Positions 30,940-41,884 of a stretch of DNA of 60,909 nucleotides are shown here, in pieces. The notes under the pieces are model-generated. The model worked only from the letters and a program-made list of their open reading frames with translations, ran no database searches and was not told the origin of the DNA. Position 1 is the first letter of the stretch; each line of letters begins with the position of its first letter. The stretch is from Spirochaetales bacterium. GTDB lineage: Bacteria; Spirochaetota; Spirochaetia; DSM-27196; SKKC01. Location of the stretch: assembly GCA_007135605.1 (NCBI GenBank), contig SLIN01000075.1, positions 1-60,909 of the forward strand, read 5' to 3'. A program made the translations under genes and the position numbers.

Positions 30940-32226
30940 TCAGAGACCGGAGTGAAAGGTGAGCGACTTACCGCGTCGGATCACCTGGTAGATGTTTTCC
31001 ATACCCGGCGTGGCATCGCCCGCCGCGTACACAATATCCTCGACTTCGTCGAGCGGTCCGTAGTGGCGGACCACGAAGTGCGTCGAATCGGGGCTCTGAC
31101 TCAACGTCTCGACCGATTCGGTACGTTCGCGCAGCATCTGGCGAAACCGGCCGACCATACGAGCATCGGGCGTGTTCTGCACAACGATTTCGTAGCGAAT
31201 TCCACGACTCAGATTCTGCTCCATGAGCACGCGACTCTGGTCAATCATTCGCGGCATGGCCGCGTAGACGGCGCTTTGTACTGCATTTGCACGAGCATCG
31301 AATTCATCGACTCTGCTCACCGCCCGCTCACTCCGGTACGGCACCGACCCGAGCAGTTGGCCCGTCGACGTTTCGAACATTCTCAATGTGATGTTCGCCT
31401 GTCCGTAGTGGGTATTTCGCTCGGTCGATCCACTGACGCTTGCGTCGAGCTCGACATAGACATCGGCATTGAGCCGCTGTGCGACCCATTGAAGGATGCT
31501 GACATCCCGACCGGTCTCTTCCTCGTACACCAGGCGCTGGTCCTCCTTGAGACGCTTCACCTGCCGTGCATCCACCGCGTAATAGCCGTTTGAGGTGAGA
31601 TAGCTGTTCGCCTGCCCGACACCGAGCTCCAGCAGGAACGGTTCGGTGCTCGCACGTTCGGCGTCGTGGTAGACCATATAGGTCATCGAGTCGATGTAGC
31701 GCCGGATGAACTCACGCTCGGAGGGACCTGCCGCGCCCCAGTCGGTCTCCGTGGTCGTTTCGGGCGAGCGATCCGCGTCGTCGGCCGGCCTTGCGGTCGC
31801 CCGGTCCACGGAGTCGTCGATACGGTTGGCCGACAGCGTTCGCCGGACCGCATCCACGTTCACCGCGATACGCAGCTCGTAGACATAGTCCGGGTCCTCG
31901 AATGTGCCGAGGTTCTCTCTGCGAAGCGTTTCCATCGTCTCGGTGTGGACGAACTGGTTCGGATTGCGCGTGCGATAGATGACATCCTCGAGGGTAGCGG
32001 CGTGGTAGCGTTCGGCCTCCTCCCCGATTTCGTCGGTTATGAAGGCACGAACCGCCTCCATCTTGGCCGCATTCATCGCCGTACCGAACGATTCCCCACG
32101 TCCGGACGCCTCGTACACCGCATCCGTTCGATCGATGGCCGGCTGGTCGGTTGCGCACGCGGACACGACAAGTGCGATCACTCCGAGCAGAAGCGATCTA
32201 CTGACAGCGCGGTGAAAGAACCTCAT
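30940..32226 (-). CDS. Lipoprotein with an LPP20-like N-region and a CsgG-like alpha/beta C-region.
   Basis: Lipobox VVSACAT. ..VYEASGRGESFGTAMNAAKMEAVRAFI.., and later ..ANITLRMFETSTGQLLGSVPY.. Confidence 0.5.
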   Translation of the reverse strand: MRFFHRAVSRSLLLGVIALVVSACATDQPAIDRTDAVYEASGRGESFGTAMNAAKMEAVRAFITDEIGEEAERYHAATLEDVIYRTRNPNQFVHTETMETLRRENLGTFEDPDYVYELRIAVNVDAVRRTLSANRIDDSVDRATARPADDADRSPETTTETDWGAAGPSEREFIRRYIDSMTYMVYHDAERASTEPFLLELGVGQANSYLTSNGYYAVDARQVKRLKEDQRLVYEEETGRDVSILQWVAQRLNADVYVELDASVSGSTERNTHYGQANITLRMFETSTGQLLGSVPYRSERAVSRVDEFDARANAVQSAVYAAMPRMIDQSRVLMEQNLSRGIRYEIVVQNTPDARMVGRFRQMLRERTESVETLSQSPDSTHFVVRHYGPLDEVEDIVYAAGDATPGMENIYQVIRRGKSLTFHSGL

Positions 32227-32235
32227 TCCGAGCTC

Positions 32236-33654
32236 CTATCGAAAGGTGATGGCGGCACCGATGTACGGGCCGACCAGCGGACGAATACCGCGATCAGCTG
32301 CAACGCCGCTGCGCCACAGCTGCATCCATCCCGTTTGTACACCGAGCATAGTATCTCTGCCGAGCTGGAAAATCATGCCCAGTTGCACTTTTCCGCCGAA
32401 GTGCGACACGAAGGGATCCGAGTCATCACCGAGCCGATCGGCGACCGCCCCACCGAATTTGAGTGACGGACCGATACGTAATCGACCGAAATAGAAGCTC
32501 GTCTCGAAGCCGAGATACCCGCCGATCACGGTGTGGTCGCCCTCGCCGGTCAGCGGCAACTCGAGCGCGACAAGCGGCCGGACGCGAAAGAACCCGCGAT
32601 TCGCAACGGCGCTCAGTCCGATGACCGCACCGGTCGGTTCGACCTGCCGGCCTCCTCCCGGTGCAGTGAGGAGCATGTGCGCATATGCCCCGACCTCCGC
32701 GCCGCGCCGCGGTACCTCCTCCAACTGATCGCCCACGTTCGCAGAGCGTCCCCCGTAGATAAGGCGAGCGACGCTATACTGCTCGTACACATCGCTGACG
32801 ACGATCAGCCCGCTCTCGTACTCGCCGGTATAACCGGCCCGACCGGTACGTGTGCTCATAATCGCGTACTCGTCCCCCGGTCGCACACCCATGTTCCGTC
32901 CGAACTCCATATAGATACGCCGCCCGTCACGATCGATAATGCCGCTGCGGATCCGGAAGGTCGCAAGCGAGCGAAGCTCGTACTCGAGCCTGGACGGGAT
33001 AGCGTCGACGGCGGCCTGTACCGCCCGCTCGGCGCGGTCGCTGTTCCCCCCGGTTTCGATCCGAAAGTGCTCGACACTCCGGCCGGAATCGACATCGACG
33101 ACGGTGAAGCTCGTTTCGATGCTTGCGCTGTACCGGATATCGTACGGGTCGTAATCCATTCGATACCAGGTGACCGACGGGACGATAACGAGGAATCCTC
33201 CGCTCAGCGCACGAAACTCGGCCTCGGTAAACGCCTGCTGCCCGAGCATGACCGCCTCCGGCATCTCGAGCTCCTCGGTTCGATATTCGCGAACCGCCTG
33301 GATGAACTCGTCCACGTATTCGGACCGCAGTCGCTGTGGATAGCCGACGACATCGAAGCGGCCGAGATTCACGAACACACCGCGAATTCGCTCGTCCACA
33401 GCGCCGAAGGCGTTCTGAAAGAGCGAATCGTAGCTCGGACGGCCGGTTCCACGGTACTCGAAGGCGAATCGTGAACGGTCGACCTCAATTCGCAGGAACG
33501 GACCGCTCGGCCGAACCGGTTCTGGCTGTCCGTAGTAGCTCAGGCGGAAGAGCGCGAGCTCGCGGCGGTCGGAGAACTCCTGGCCGCTCGCCGCGCCGGC
33601 GGCAAACAATACGAGCAGAACCGAGCTGAGGCCGATCGGAAACCAGCGCCGCAT
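32236..33654 (-). CDS. Secreted, beta-rich protein (signal peptide). Possible outer-membrane component of the lipoprotein operon.
   Basis: Start taken at MRRWFPIGLSSVLLVLFAAGAASG (33654), which removes the apparent overlap with the upstream gene. The C-terminal third has Gly/aromatic-rich alternating beta-strands. Confidence 0.45.
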   Translation of the reverse strand: MRRWFPIGLSSVLLVLFAAGAASGQEFSDRRELALFRLSYYGQPEPVRPSGPFLRIEVDRSRFAFEYRGTGRPSYDSLFQNAFGAVDERIRGVFVNLGRFDVVGYPQRLRSEYVDEFIQAVREYRTEELEMPEAVMLGQQAFTEAEFRALSGGFLVIVPSVTWYRMDYDPYDIRYSASIETSFTVVDVDSGRSVEHFRIETGGNSDRAERAVQAAVDAIPSRLEYELRSLATFRIRSGIIDRDGRRIYMEFGRNMGVRPGDEYAIMSTRTGRAGYTGEYESGLIVVSDVYEQYSVARLIYGGRSANVGDQLEEVPRRGAEVGAYAHMLLTAPGGGRQVEPTGAVIGLSAVANRGFFRVRPLVALELPLTGEGDHTVIGGYLGFETSFYFGRLRIGPSLKFGGAVADRLGDDSDPFVSHFGGKVQLGMIFQLGRDTMLGVQTGWMQLWRSGVAADRGIRPLVGPYIGAAITFR

Positions 33655-33682
33655 GTCCCGGAAACCCCTGGCCGTTCGCACG

Positions 33683-35710
33683 CTACTGTGAACCGGAGAA
33701 ATCGAGCCGTTCGGCGAGTCCGGCACGATCCCGATGCGCGAGCACACTGAGCACCCGCAGCGGAACCTCGCGCCCCTCGTCGTGCCGTGCGGTCATCGTG
33801 ACACCGTCGAATCTCGCCCCCTCGAGCGGTATCTCATCTTCCGTTCCCGCGCCGCCACGGACGATCAGCCGATCGTCGTCGTGCCGGATGCGCAAGAGGA
33901 GCGTGGAAGCGCCGTCGGAGGCGAACGACTCGTACGTCGCCTCGCCTATAACCGCCGAGCCGTCGCTTATTACAGTGAAAAGACGGCCTCTGTCATCCTC
34001 CGGGTACGATTCATCGAACACGAACTCGCCGGAGGCTTCGGCGGCGTCATCGCCGAGCTCGAGCTCAACGATGAGATCCTCATCTTCGAAAAGAAACGCG
34101 GGGAAGTGTACGCGCGCGCCGGGTTCCAGAACGAGCTCCCCGGTCCGAACGGTAACGCGACCGACTGTCTCCAGCTCTTCGGGCAGGAAAAGTCCCTCGA
34201 AACCCTGGGCATACGCCAGTCGCGAGGCAAACTGGCTCTCCATCGCATTTCGGAACAGACCGTCATCGGTCGAGAGACGCTCTTGGCTGTCGCGGAAATA
34301 CACTCCGACTTCGCCGACGAGGCCTACAAATCCGTTCGTTTGCGCGCCGACGACCGTTACCCCGTCGAGGATCGAAACGTCGTCGGGATCGGTAACTACA
34401 CGTGTTCGTGCGCTACCGGTCGGAGACTCGCCGAGCGGGGAAGAAGCGAAGCCGATGTCGAGCTGGTCGATGCTCGCAAGCTGTCCATCCACGAACCAGA
34501 GCACGGTCGTGTATTCCACGCCGGGCGAAACGGAAACACTGATCCGACTCGGTTCGTCCGGGACGAGCATCGGATAGGCACTCGAGGTCGTCGCTACTTC
34601 GCCATTTCGATGCAACGTCGCTCTCGGAATCCCGTTATTGTCGGTCTCTACACGGAACTCGAAGCTTCCGTCGGCGGCAGCCGTCTTATAGAGGGTTCGA
34701 TCGACTTGAAGGCCACTCGGCAAGAGGTCGAGGCTTAATGAGAACGGGGCCAGACTGCTGTCGACAAACGGCACTCCGAGACCGTCGGACTCGAATCCAC
34801 TCTTTCCGTCGAGCTGATAGCCGAGCATTTCTCCTTCGACCCTGAACACCGGCTCTCCAAAGAGTCGCCCGTCGAAATCGCGTGAGTCGAAATCGATACG
34901 CACTCCGTCGTCACGGAAATCGCCCTCGAGCCGGTACAGTGAATAGAACGACTCACGGGCCCGAGAGTCGCTCGCGCCTGCACTGGTATCGGAGCGACTG
35001 ACGTACACGTCCGCATTCTCGGCGAGCGCGCTCGGAAAATCATACCGGTCGCCGCTCGGTGGCGGAATCGGAAAGAGCTCAACCTTGACGCGATATACCC
35101 CCTCGCGTTCCGGTGCCTGCCAGTTCAGCTCTTCGAGTCCGTCGCCGATCGGACCGGTAGCGACGACTTCACCGTCGACACTCCACTGTAGCCATGCCTC
35201 TTCCCCGCCTCGAGCCGAGGTTTGGAACACCCCGACGGCTCCGGGATTCAGTCGGGCGGGATACGTACGTACGCCGTCGAGGTCGAACTCCCGTCCGACG
35301 ATAAAGGCTCTACGCTCTTCCCGCAGAAGCTCTCTTCCGCCGCTTTCCACCGAGATGTCGAGGGTGTACAGTCCCGGATCGAAGTCATCGGCCGGTATAC
35401 GAACACGCTGTTCGGCACCAAAATCATCGCGGGACCAATCGAAAAACTCGACCTCGCTCCCGTCGGCGGTCCTGACACTCACCGTTACCCGGTCGAAATC
35501 CGATCCGTCACCCAGCTCGATTTCGAGGGGCACCGTATCGCCTGTCGTGACGAAGTCACCATCTCCGACAGTATTCAGATGAACGCCGTCGGCCCGTGCG
35601 GCGTCGGGCAGAAAGAAGGCGCTATCGCTGCAGGAGGCCACCAATCCGAGCGTGGCAACGGCGGCGCAAGAGAGAAAGATCCGCTGTATCGAACGACGAC
35701 CCGATCTCAC
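33683..35710 (-). CDS. Large lipoprotein with several Ig-like/beta-sandwich repeats. First gene of the five-gene lipoprotein operon.
   Basis: Lipobox LGLVASCS. Repeated about 90-aa modules (..LYTLDISVESGG.., ..VYRVKVELFP.., ..SFEFRVETDNNG..). Confidence 0.5.
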   Translation of the reverse strand: MRSGRRSIQRIFLSCAAVATLGLVASCSDSAFFLPDAARADGVHLNTVGDGDFVTTGDTVPLEIELGDGSDFDRVTVSVRTADGSEVEFFDWSRDDFGAEQRVRIPADDFDPGLYTLDISVESGGRELLREERRAFIVGREFDLDGVRTYPARLNPGAVGVFQTSARGGEEAWLQWSVDGEVVATGPIGDGLEELNWQAPEREGVYRVKVELFPIPPPSGDRYDFPSALAENADVYVSRSDTSAGASDSRARESFYSLYRLEGDFRDDGVRIDFDSRDFDGRLFGEPVFRVEGEMLGYQLDGKSGFESDGLGVPFVDSSLAPFSLSLDLLPSGLQVDRTLYKTAAADGSFEFRVETDNNGIPRATLHRNGEVATTSSAYPMLVPDEPSRISVSVSPGVEYTTVLWFVDGQLASIDQLDIGFASSPLGESPTGSARTRVVTDPDDVSILDGVTVVGAQTNGFVGLVGEVGVYFRDSQERLSTDDGLFRNAMESQFASRLAYAQGFEGLFLPEELETVGRVTVRTGELVLEPGARVHFPAFLFEDEDLIVELELGDDAAEASGEFVFDESYPEDDRGRLFTVISDGSAVIGEATYESFASDGASTLLLRIRHDDDRLIVRGGAGTEDEIPLEGARFDGVTMTARHDEGREVPLRVLSVLAHRDRAGLAERLDFSGSQ

Positions 35711-35890
35711 AACAATAAGGATATCACGAATCGCCGGCGAAATACGACCTGATTGCCCCGGAATACCTATAGAAAGATCAACGAAAAGACCGCCCAGGCG
35801 ATAAACGCCCCTGCGAGCACCGCCGCGAGTATCGGAAGAACGAGTCGTAATCCGACCAATATGAGCAGCAGCGTGTCCGATCGTGTCGAT

Positions 35891-36928
35891 CTAATGCGCG
35901 ATTCTCGTTTCGACGGTCGAAAGATCGCCATTGTGCTGCTCCGGCGGGTGAATGAGATGGCACGCTACATGCCGGCCGCTGTCGGTGCGACGTAGCCGCG
36001 GTACGACGCTTCGGCATACATCCATGGCATAGGGGCAGCGGGTGTGAAACGGACAGCCGGACGGAGGGTTCGCAGGACTCGGCACATCACCCTTGAGGAT
36101 TATTCGCTCCTGCCTCCGCGCCGGATCGCTCACCGGTATTGCCGACAGAAGTGCCTGACTGTACGGATGCAGCGGATTTTCGTAGAGCTCCCGCTTTCCG
36201 GCCACCTCTACGAGCTTGCCGAGGTACATGACTCCGACACGCTCGGCCATGTGTTTCACGACACTCAAGTCGTGGCTTATAAAGAGGAAGGTGAGATCGA
36301 ACTCGTCCTGGAGATCTTCGAGCAAATTGATAATCTGACTCTGTATGCTCACATCGAGTGCCGATATCGGCTCGTCGGCGACGATAAGACTCGGATTCAA
36401 CGCCAGCGCACGGGCGATCACGACTCGCTGTCGCTGACCGCCGGAGAATTCGTGCGGATATCGTGATGCGTGGTGCCGTTGCAGTCCGCATGTTTCGAGT
36501 ACTCGCTCCGCCTTCTCGTGCAGTTCGTTTCCGGTTGCCATACCGTGGACTCGCATAATTTCGCGAATCGCGGCGCCGATCGTCATGCGCGGATTCAGCG
36601 CGCTGTACGGGTCCTGAAAGACGATCTGCATGTCCTTGCGAAGCACGCGCATCCGATCGCCGGTGGCGGCGTAAACATCTTCACCCTTGAAGATAACCTG
36701 CCCACCGGTGGCGTTCTGCAAACGCAGAATGGTTCGACCTGTTGTGCTTTTTCCACATCCGCTCTCTCCGACGAGCGCGAACGTCTCGCCGGGATAGATA
36801 TCGAAACTCACATCGTCGACCGCTTTGACGTACCCGGTCGTACGGCTGAACACCCCGGTCTTGATCGGAAAGTACTTCTTGAGATTGGTTACCTGCAGCA
36901 TCGGCTGTCGTTCGGCGGTACCGCTCAT
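35891..36928 (-). CDS. dppF: Peptide ABC transporter ATP-binding protein (DppF/OppF).
   Basis: Walker A GESGCGKST, signature LSGGQRQRV, C-terminal oligopeptide-transporter extension with Cys residues. Confidence 0.9.
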   Translation of the reverse strand: MSGTAERQPMLQVTNLKKYFPIKTGVFSRTTGYVKAVDDVSFDIYPGETFALVGESGCGKSTTGRTILRLQNATGGQVIFKGEDVYAATGDRMRVLRKDMQIVFQDPYSALNPRMTIGAAIREIMRVHGMATGNELHEKAERVLETCGLQRHHASRYPHEFSGGQRQRVVIARALALNPSLIVADEPISALDVSIQSQIINLLEDLQDEFDLTFLFISHDLSVVKHMAERVGVMYLGKLVEVAGKRELYENPLHPYSQALLSAIPVSDPARRQERIILKGDVPSPANPPSGCPFHTRCPYAMDVCRSVVPRLRRTDSGRHVACHLIHPPEQHNGDLSTVETRIAH

Positions 36929-36931
36929 ATG

Positions 36932-37954
<1,023 letters not shown>

Positions 37955-37970
37955 AGTCGCTTCCTGGATC

Positions 37971-38939
37971 TCAGTTACCCCGGCTTCTCGGGTCCAGCGC
38001 ATCGCGCAGCCCGTCACCGAGCAAGTTGAACCCGAGCACCATAAAGAGAATGGCAAGACCGGGATATGTCGTCAGGTGATGGGCCGTCCGAATGTATGCC
38101 CGCCCGTCGCTCAGAATTGCACCCCACTCGGGCATAGGGGCCTGCGCGCCGAGGCCGAGGAATCCGAGTCCGGCCGCCCAGAGAATCGACGTGGCGATTT
38201 GAAAGGTGCTCTGCACGATGATGGGCGCGAGACAGTTCGGCAGAATATGACGGAAGACGATGCTCGCGTCGCCGAGGCCCGCCGCGCGCGCCGCCTCGAC
38301 ATAACTCTGCTCCTTCGCCGCAAGAACCGACCCACGCACGAGCCGGGCATAGATCGGCACGCTCGCAATACCGGTTGCGATCATAACGTTCTGCACTCCG
38401 ACCCCGAGCACCGTTACAACGATGATCGCGAGGAGAATTCCGGGAAAGGCGATCATAATGTCGATAATTCGCTGGGTGAAAATGTCGAGCTTGCCGCCGT
38501 AGAAGCCGCTGATCGCACCGATCGGAACGCCGACGGCAACACCGATCACCACCGATATTAAGCCGATATTCAGTGATATCCGGCTTCCGTAGAGCATGCG
38601 GCTGTACAGGTCGCGACCGAGCGCGTCCGTGCCGAGCCAATGCGTCGTGCTCGGACTCTGTAGCCGCATGGTTAAGTTGTTCTGAATTGGGTTATGCGTT
38701 GTGAGAACCGGTGCGAACACCGCTCCGATTACAAAGATTCCTATTATAAGGAGGCCGATCACCGCGCCCCGGTTACGGAGAAGATGCTTTCCAACCTGAT
38801 GCCACTCCGAAACGCCTCGTCGGCGTCTCGGCGCCACCGTCCCGGTCGAAACGTCGTCTTCGAGGTCAACCGCCGGAATCTCCGCCTCTTCGTAGCCGCG
38901 GCTCTGTGTACCGGTGCCCGGGATTTCGTTCGTTTCCAT
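37971..38939 (-). CDS. dppC: Peptide ABC transporter permease (DppC/OppC).
   Basis: BPD_transp_1 with an N-terminal extension and the typical ..LGTDALGRDLYSRMLYG.. block. Confidence 0.9.
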   Translation of the reverse strand: METNEIPGTGTQSRGYEEAEIPAVDLEDDVSTGTVAPRRRRGVSEWHQVGKHLLRNRGAVIGLLIIGIFVIGAVFAPVLTTHNPIQNNLTMRLQSPSTTHWLGTDALGRDLYSRMLYGSRISLNIGLISVVIGVAVGVPIGAISGFYGGKLDIFTQRIIDIMIAFPGILLAIIVVTVLGVGVQNVMIATGIASVPIYARLVRGSVLAAKEQSYVEAARAAGLGDASIVFRHILPNCLAPIIVQSTFQIATSILWAAGLGFLGLGAQAPMPEWGAILSDGRAYIRTAHHLTTYPGLAILFMVLGFNLLGDGLRDALDPRSRGN

Positions 38940-38945
38940 CTCAGC

Positions 38946-39881
38946 TCACTCCCCGGCCTCGCCCTGATAGTGTATCCGCGGATCGAGAAACGCGTAGGTG
39001 ATGTCGACGACGAGGTTAATGATCACGAAAAGGAAGGCCATCAGCATGACCGTCCCCTGCACGACCGGATAGTCGCGACGCAGAATCGAATCGACGAGCA
39101 GGCGCCCGATTCCGGGCCACGCAAAGACCGTCTCGGTCAGCACCGCCCCGCCGAGCAGAATTCCGAACTGCAGCCCCATGACCGTCACGACCGGAATTAA
39201 CGCGTTCTTCAACGCATGCTTGTAGATAACAAAACGCTCATTCAACCCTTTTGCCCTGGCGGTAGTAATGAAATCCTGCCGCAGCACCTCGAGCATGCTT
39301 GAACGGGTAATACGCGCCATGAGTCCGGCGCTCGCCATGCCGAGTGTGATGCTCGGCAGCACGAGATGCCGCCACGTGCCGATGCCCGTGGCCGGGAGTA
39401 TCCGCATGTTCACCGCAAAAAGGAGTTGAAGCATAAGCGCCATCCAGAAGACCGGCGCCGCAACGCCGACAAGCGCGAAAAGCATGCTCACGTTGTCGAA
39501 CATCGAGTTCCGTCTGGTCGCCGAAACAATACCGGCGGACACCCCGACTATGGTCGCGATCACAAGCGCCGTCATTGCCAGGAGAAATGTTCTCGGAAAG
39601 CGCTCGCCGATTTCGGTCGCAACCGGTCGGCGGCTGAACGTCGATCTGCCGAGTTCGCCCCGAGCGAGATCGCCGAGAAAGATGCCGAACTGCACCGGCA
39701 GCGGCTCATCGAGCCGGTAGCGTGCCCGAACCTGCTGAATGAACTCGGGGCTCGCCTGTACCCCTGCGATCGCTCGGGCCGGGTCTCCCGGGATGAGCCG
39801 GATGATCGAGAACACCAGTATTGCCACGCCGAATATAACCGGAACGGTCAGCAGCAGTCTTCGCGCGATGTATTGATACAC
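38946..39881 (-). CDS. dppB: Peptide ABC transporter permease (DppB/OppB).
   Basis: MYQYIARRLLLTVPVIFGVAILVFSIIRLIPGDPA N-terminus is diagnostic. Confidence 0.9.
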   Translation of the reverse strand: MYQYIARRLLLTVPVIFGVAILVFSIIRLIPGDPARAIAGVQASPEFIQQVRARYRLDEPLPVQFGIFLGDLARGELGRSTFSRRPVATEIGERFPRTFLLAMTALVIATIVGVSAGIVSATRRNSMFDNVSMLFALVGVAAPVFWMALMLQLLFAVNMRILPATGIGTWRHLVLPSITLGMASAGLMARITRSSMLEVLRQDFITTARAKGLNERFVIYKHALKNALIPVVTVMGLQFGILLGGAVLTETVFAWPGIGRLLVDSILRRDYPVVQGTVMLMAFLFVIINLVVDITYAFLDPRIHYQGEAGE

Positions 39882-40040
39882 GAGTTCCTAACTCCGCAGT
39901 TGTCGATTTCGGCCCAATCGAACCGCATCGCCGGAGCGATGAAGCTCGAGCCGGCCGGCGAACGGCAGAGCGGAACCGTACGTCGGTTCCGCTCGCACCG
40001 GCCGCAGCCGGATTGACCTGAGTAGCACAAGACTACCCGA

Positions 40041-41621
40041 TCAGTCGTCGATGAAGAAGGCCTCCCAGGCGCTTACGTTCTCGAGCGGATGGTGAATCAG
40101 TCCGCCGACATCCGCGCGCTGTGCGTTGATTTGCCCCTCGTTGTGCAGGTAGAGCCACGGAGCGTCGTCCCAGATCAACTCGATCGCCTCCGCATAGAGC
40201 TCCTCGCGTACCGACGGGTCGGTTTCGACGCGAGCCCGGTCGAGTATATCGTCGACCCGCTCGTTGCTGTAGAATCCGCGGTTGTTCCCGGCGGGATTCC
40301 ACTGGCGGGTGTGCAGCAGCGCGTAGAGTCCGTAATCGGAATCGAGGGTTACCGTACCCCAGCCGAGCATGAACATCTGGTACTCGGCCTGATCGACCGG
40401 CTGACCGGTGAAATCGAGGTAAGCACCCCACTCGCGGGTCTCGAGGGTGATGTCGAGCCCCACCTCGGTAAGCATACCCTGCACCGCTTCGGCGATCGTC
40501 GAGTCGAGCAGGTAGCGTCCGGTCGGGTGATGCAGCGTGGCGCTGAGCCCGTCGGGATACCCGGCTTCGGCGAGAAGCTCCCGGGCGCGATCGGGGTCGT
40601 ATTCGTACGGGCCGACGGAGGTGTGTCCGAACACCGCCGGAACAACCGGCGCATCGGCGACGAACGCGTTGCCGTCGAGGATAGCGTCGACGATCGCGTC
40701 CTTGTCCACCGCGTAGTTGAACGCTTTCCGGACGAGCGGGTCGTCGAACGGCTCGGACTGGCTGTTGAAGCCGATATAGATCGTGCGGACGCTCGTCTGG
40801 TAGACGACGTCGATCTCCGGATCGGCATCGAGACGATCGGCATCCTGGGGCGGTACGCGCATGACCGCGTCGGCCTCGCCGGTCTCCAGAGCCACCATTC
40901 GAGCCGAATCTTCCGGGATGAAGCGGAAAACGAGATGCGGAATCTCGGGCGCCGGTCCCCAGTAATCCTCGTTCCGAACCATGGTAATGCTGTCGCCGCG
41001 GCTCCACTCCACGAGCTCGTACGGGCCGGTTCCGACTGCGGCATCCGTCGTATCATCCGGGCCGAGATCCGCGAACGAGGCCGGGCTGATGATGCCGATG
41101 AAGCTGTGGGAGAGGTGGCTGAGGATCGGGGCGAACGGCTCGGCCAAGTGCAAGCGCAGCTCGTACTCGCTCACCGCTTCGATCTCCTCGACACTTCCGA
41201 GGAGAAAGGCGTACGCGGCACCTACCTCTGGATCGACGAAGCGATCGAGATTCGCCTTCACCGCCTCGGCGTTGAGCGGCTCGCCGTCGTGAAACTGAAC
41301 GCCCTGCCGGATCTGGAACGTCCACTCGGTGCCGTCGGCGCTGCTCTCCCACTCGGTGGCGAGCATCGGCGTCAGGCTCCCGTCCTCCTCCATGTAGATC
41401 AGGCGCTGGATCGCATGCTCGCCCACCGTCGCAGCCGGCGCGCTGGTCATGTTCACGGGATCGAGCGCCTCGGGCTCTGCGCCGATGGCGATCGTTATCG
41501 TGTCGCGCTCGACGGCCGCCTCCTGAGCGCCACCCGCGAACGCCGCCATTCCGACGAACACAAAGACTAAGACGAGGGCCAGCGTCGCTAACCGCCCGTG
41601 CATATGCATAGTCGTACGCAT
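40041..41621 (-). CDS. dppA: Peptide/nickel ABC transporter substrate-binding protein (SBP family 5, DppA/OppA-like), acidic.
   Basis: Signal peptide plus SBP_bac_5 architecture. By my count the start codon sits at 41620..41622, one base off the track's coordinate. Confidence 0.85.
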   Translation of the reverse strand: MRTTMHMHGRLATLALVLVFVFVGMAAFAGGAQEAAVERDTITIAIGAEPEALDPVNMTSAPAATVGEHAIQRLIYMEEDGSLTPMLATEWESSADGTEWTFQIRQGVQFHDGEPLNAEAVKANLDRFVDPEVGAAYAFLLGSVEEIEAVSEYELRLHLAEPFAPILSHLSHSFIGIISPASFADLGPDDTTDAAVGTGPYELVEWSRGDSITMVRNEDYWGPAPEIPHLVFRFIPEDSARMVALETGEADAVMRVPPQDADRLDADPEIDVVYQTSVRTIYIGFNSQSEPFDDPLVRKAFNYAVDKDAIVDAILDGNAFVADAPVVPAVFGHTSVGPYEYDPDRARELLAEAGYPDGLSATLHHPTGRYLLDSTIAEAVQGMLTEVGLDITLETREWGAYLDFTGQPVDQAEYQMFMLGWGTVTLDSDYGLYALLHTRQWNPAGNNRGFYSNERVDDILDRARVETDPSVREELYAEAIELIWDDAPWLYLHNEGQINAQRADVGGLIHHPLENVSAWEAFFIDD

Positions 41622-41884
41622 TTCGCACTCCTTCTGAATAAATTTACTGGGCGGAAGTATATGAGTAAGCGGCGCACTTTTGCAAGCTTCCGGTGAAATT
41701 TCGGGTTGCGACCGGGTGCAAATCGCTTGACACCCGGTTTCGATCGGTAAATTCGCTATCGGTCGATCGCCCGAAACGCCTGCAGAGCCCTCAGTTGCGA
41801 AACTTTCGCTGCAAATTCCGCATATATACTCATTCCGATTGCATACGGCCGCGATTCGCTAATCGTATAGCCGCAGTCGCCTGT

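Noticed and set aside
35767-35931. Unlisted 54-codon minus-strand ORF encoding a hydrophobic single-TM peptide (MAIFRPSKRESRIRSTRSDTLLLILVGLRLVLPILAAVLAGAFIAWAVFSLIFL) in the promoter region of the lipoprotein operon
   Set aside because: Third-position GC is only about 60%, against more than 85% in real genes here. It overlaps the 3' end of dppF in another frame and has no RBS. It is probably a chance ORF in an AT-richer promoter region, though a small membrane peptide cannot be fully excluded.
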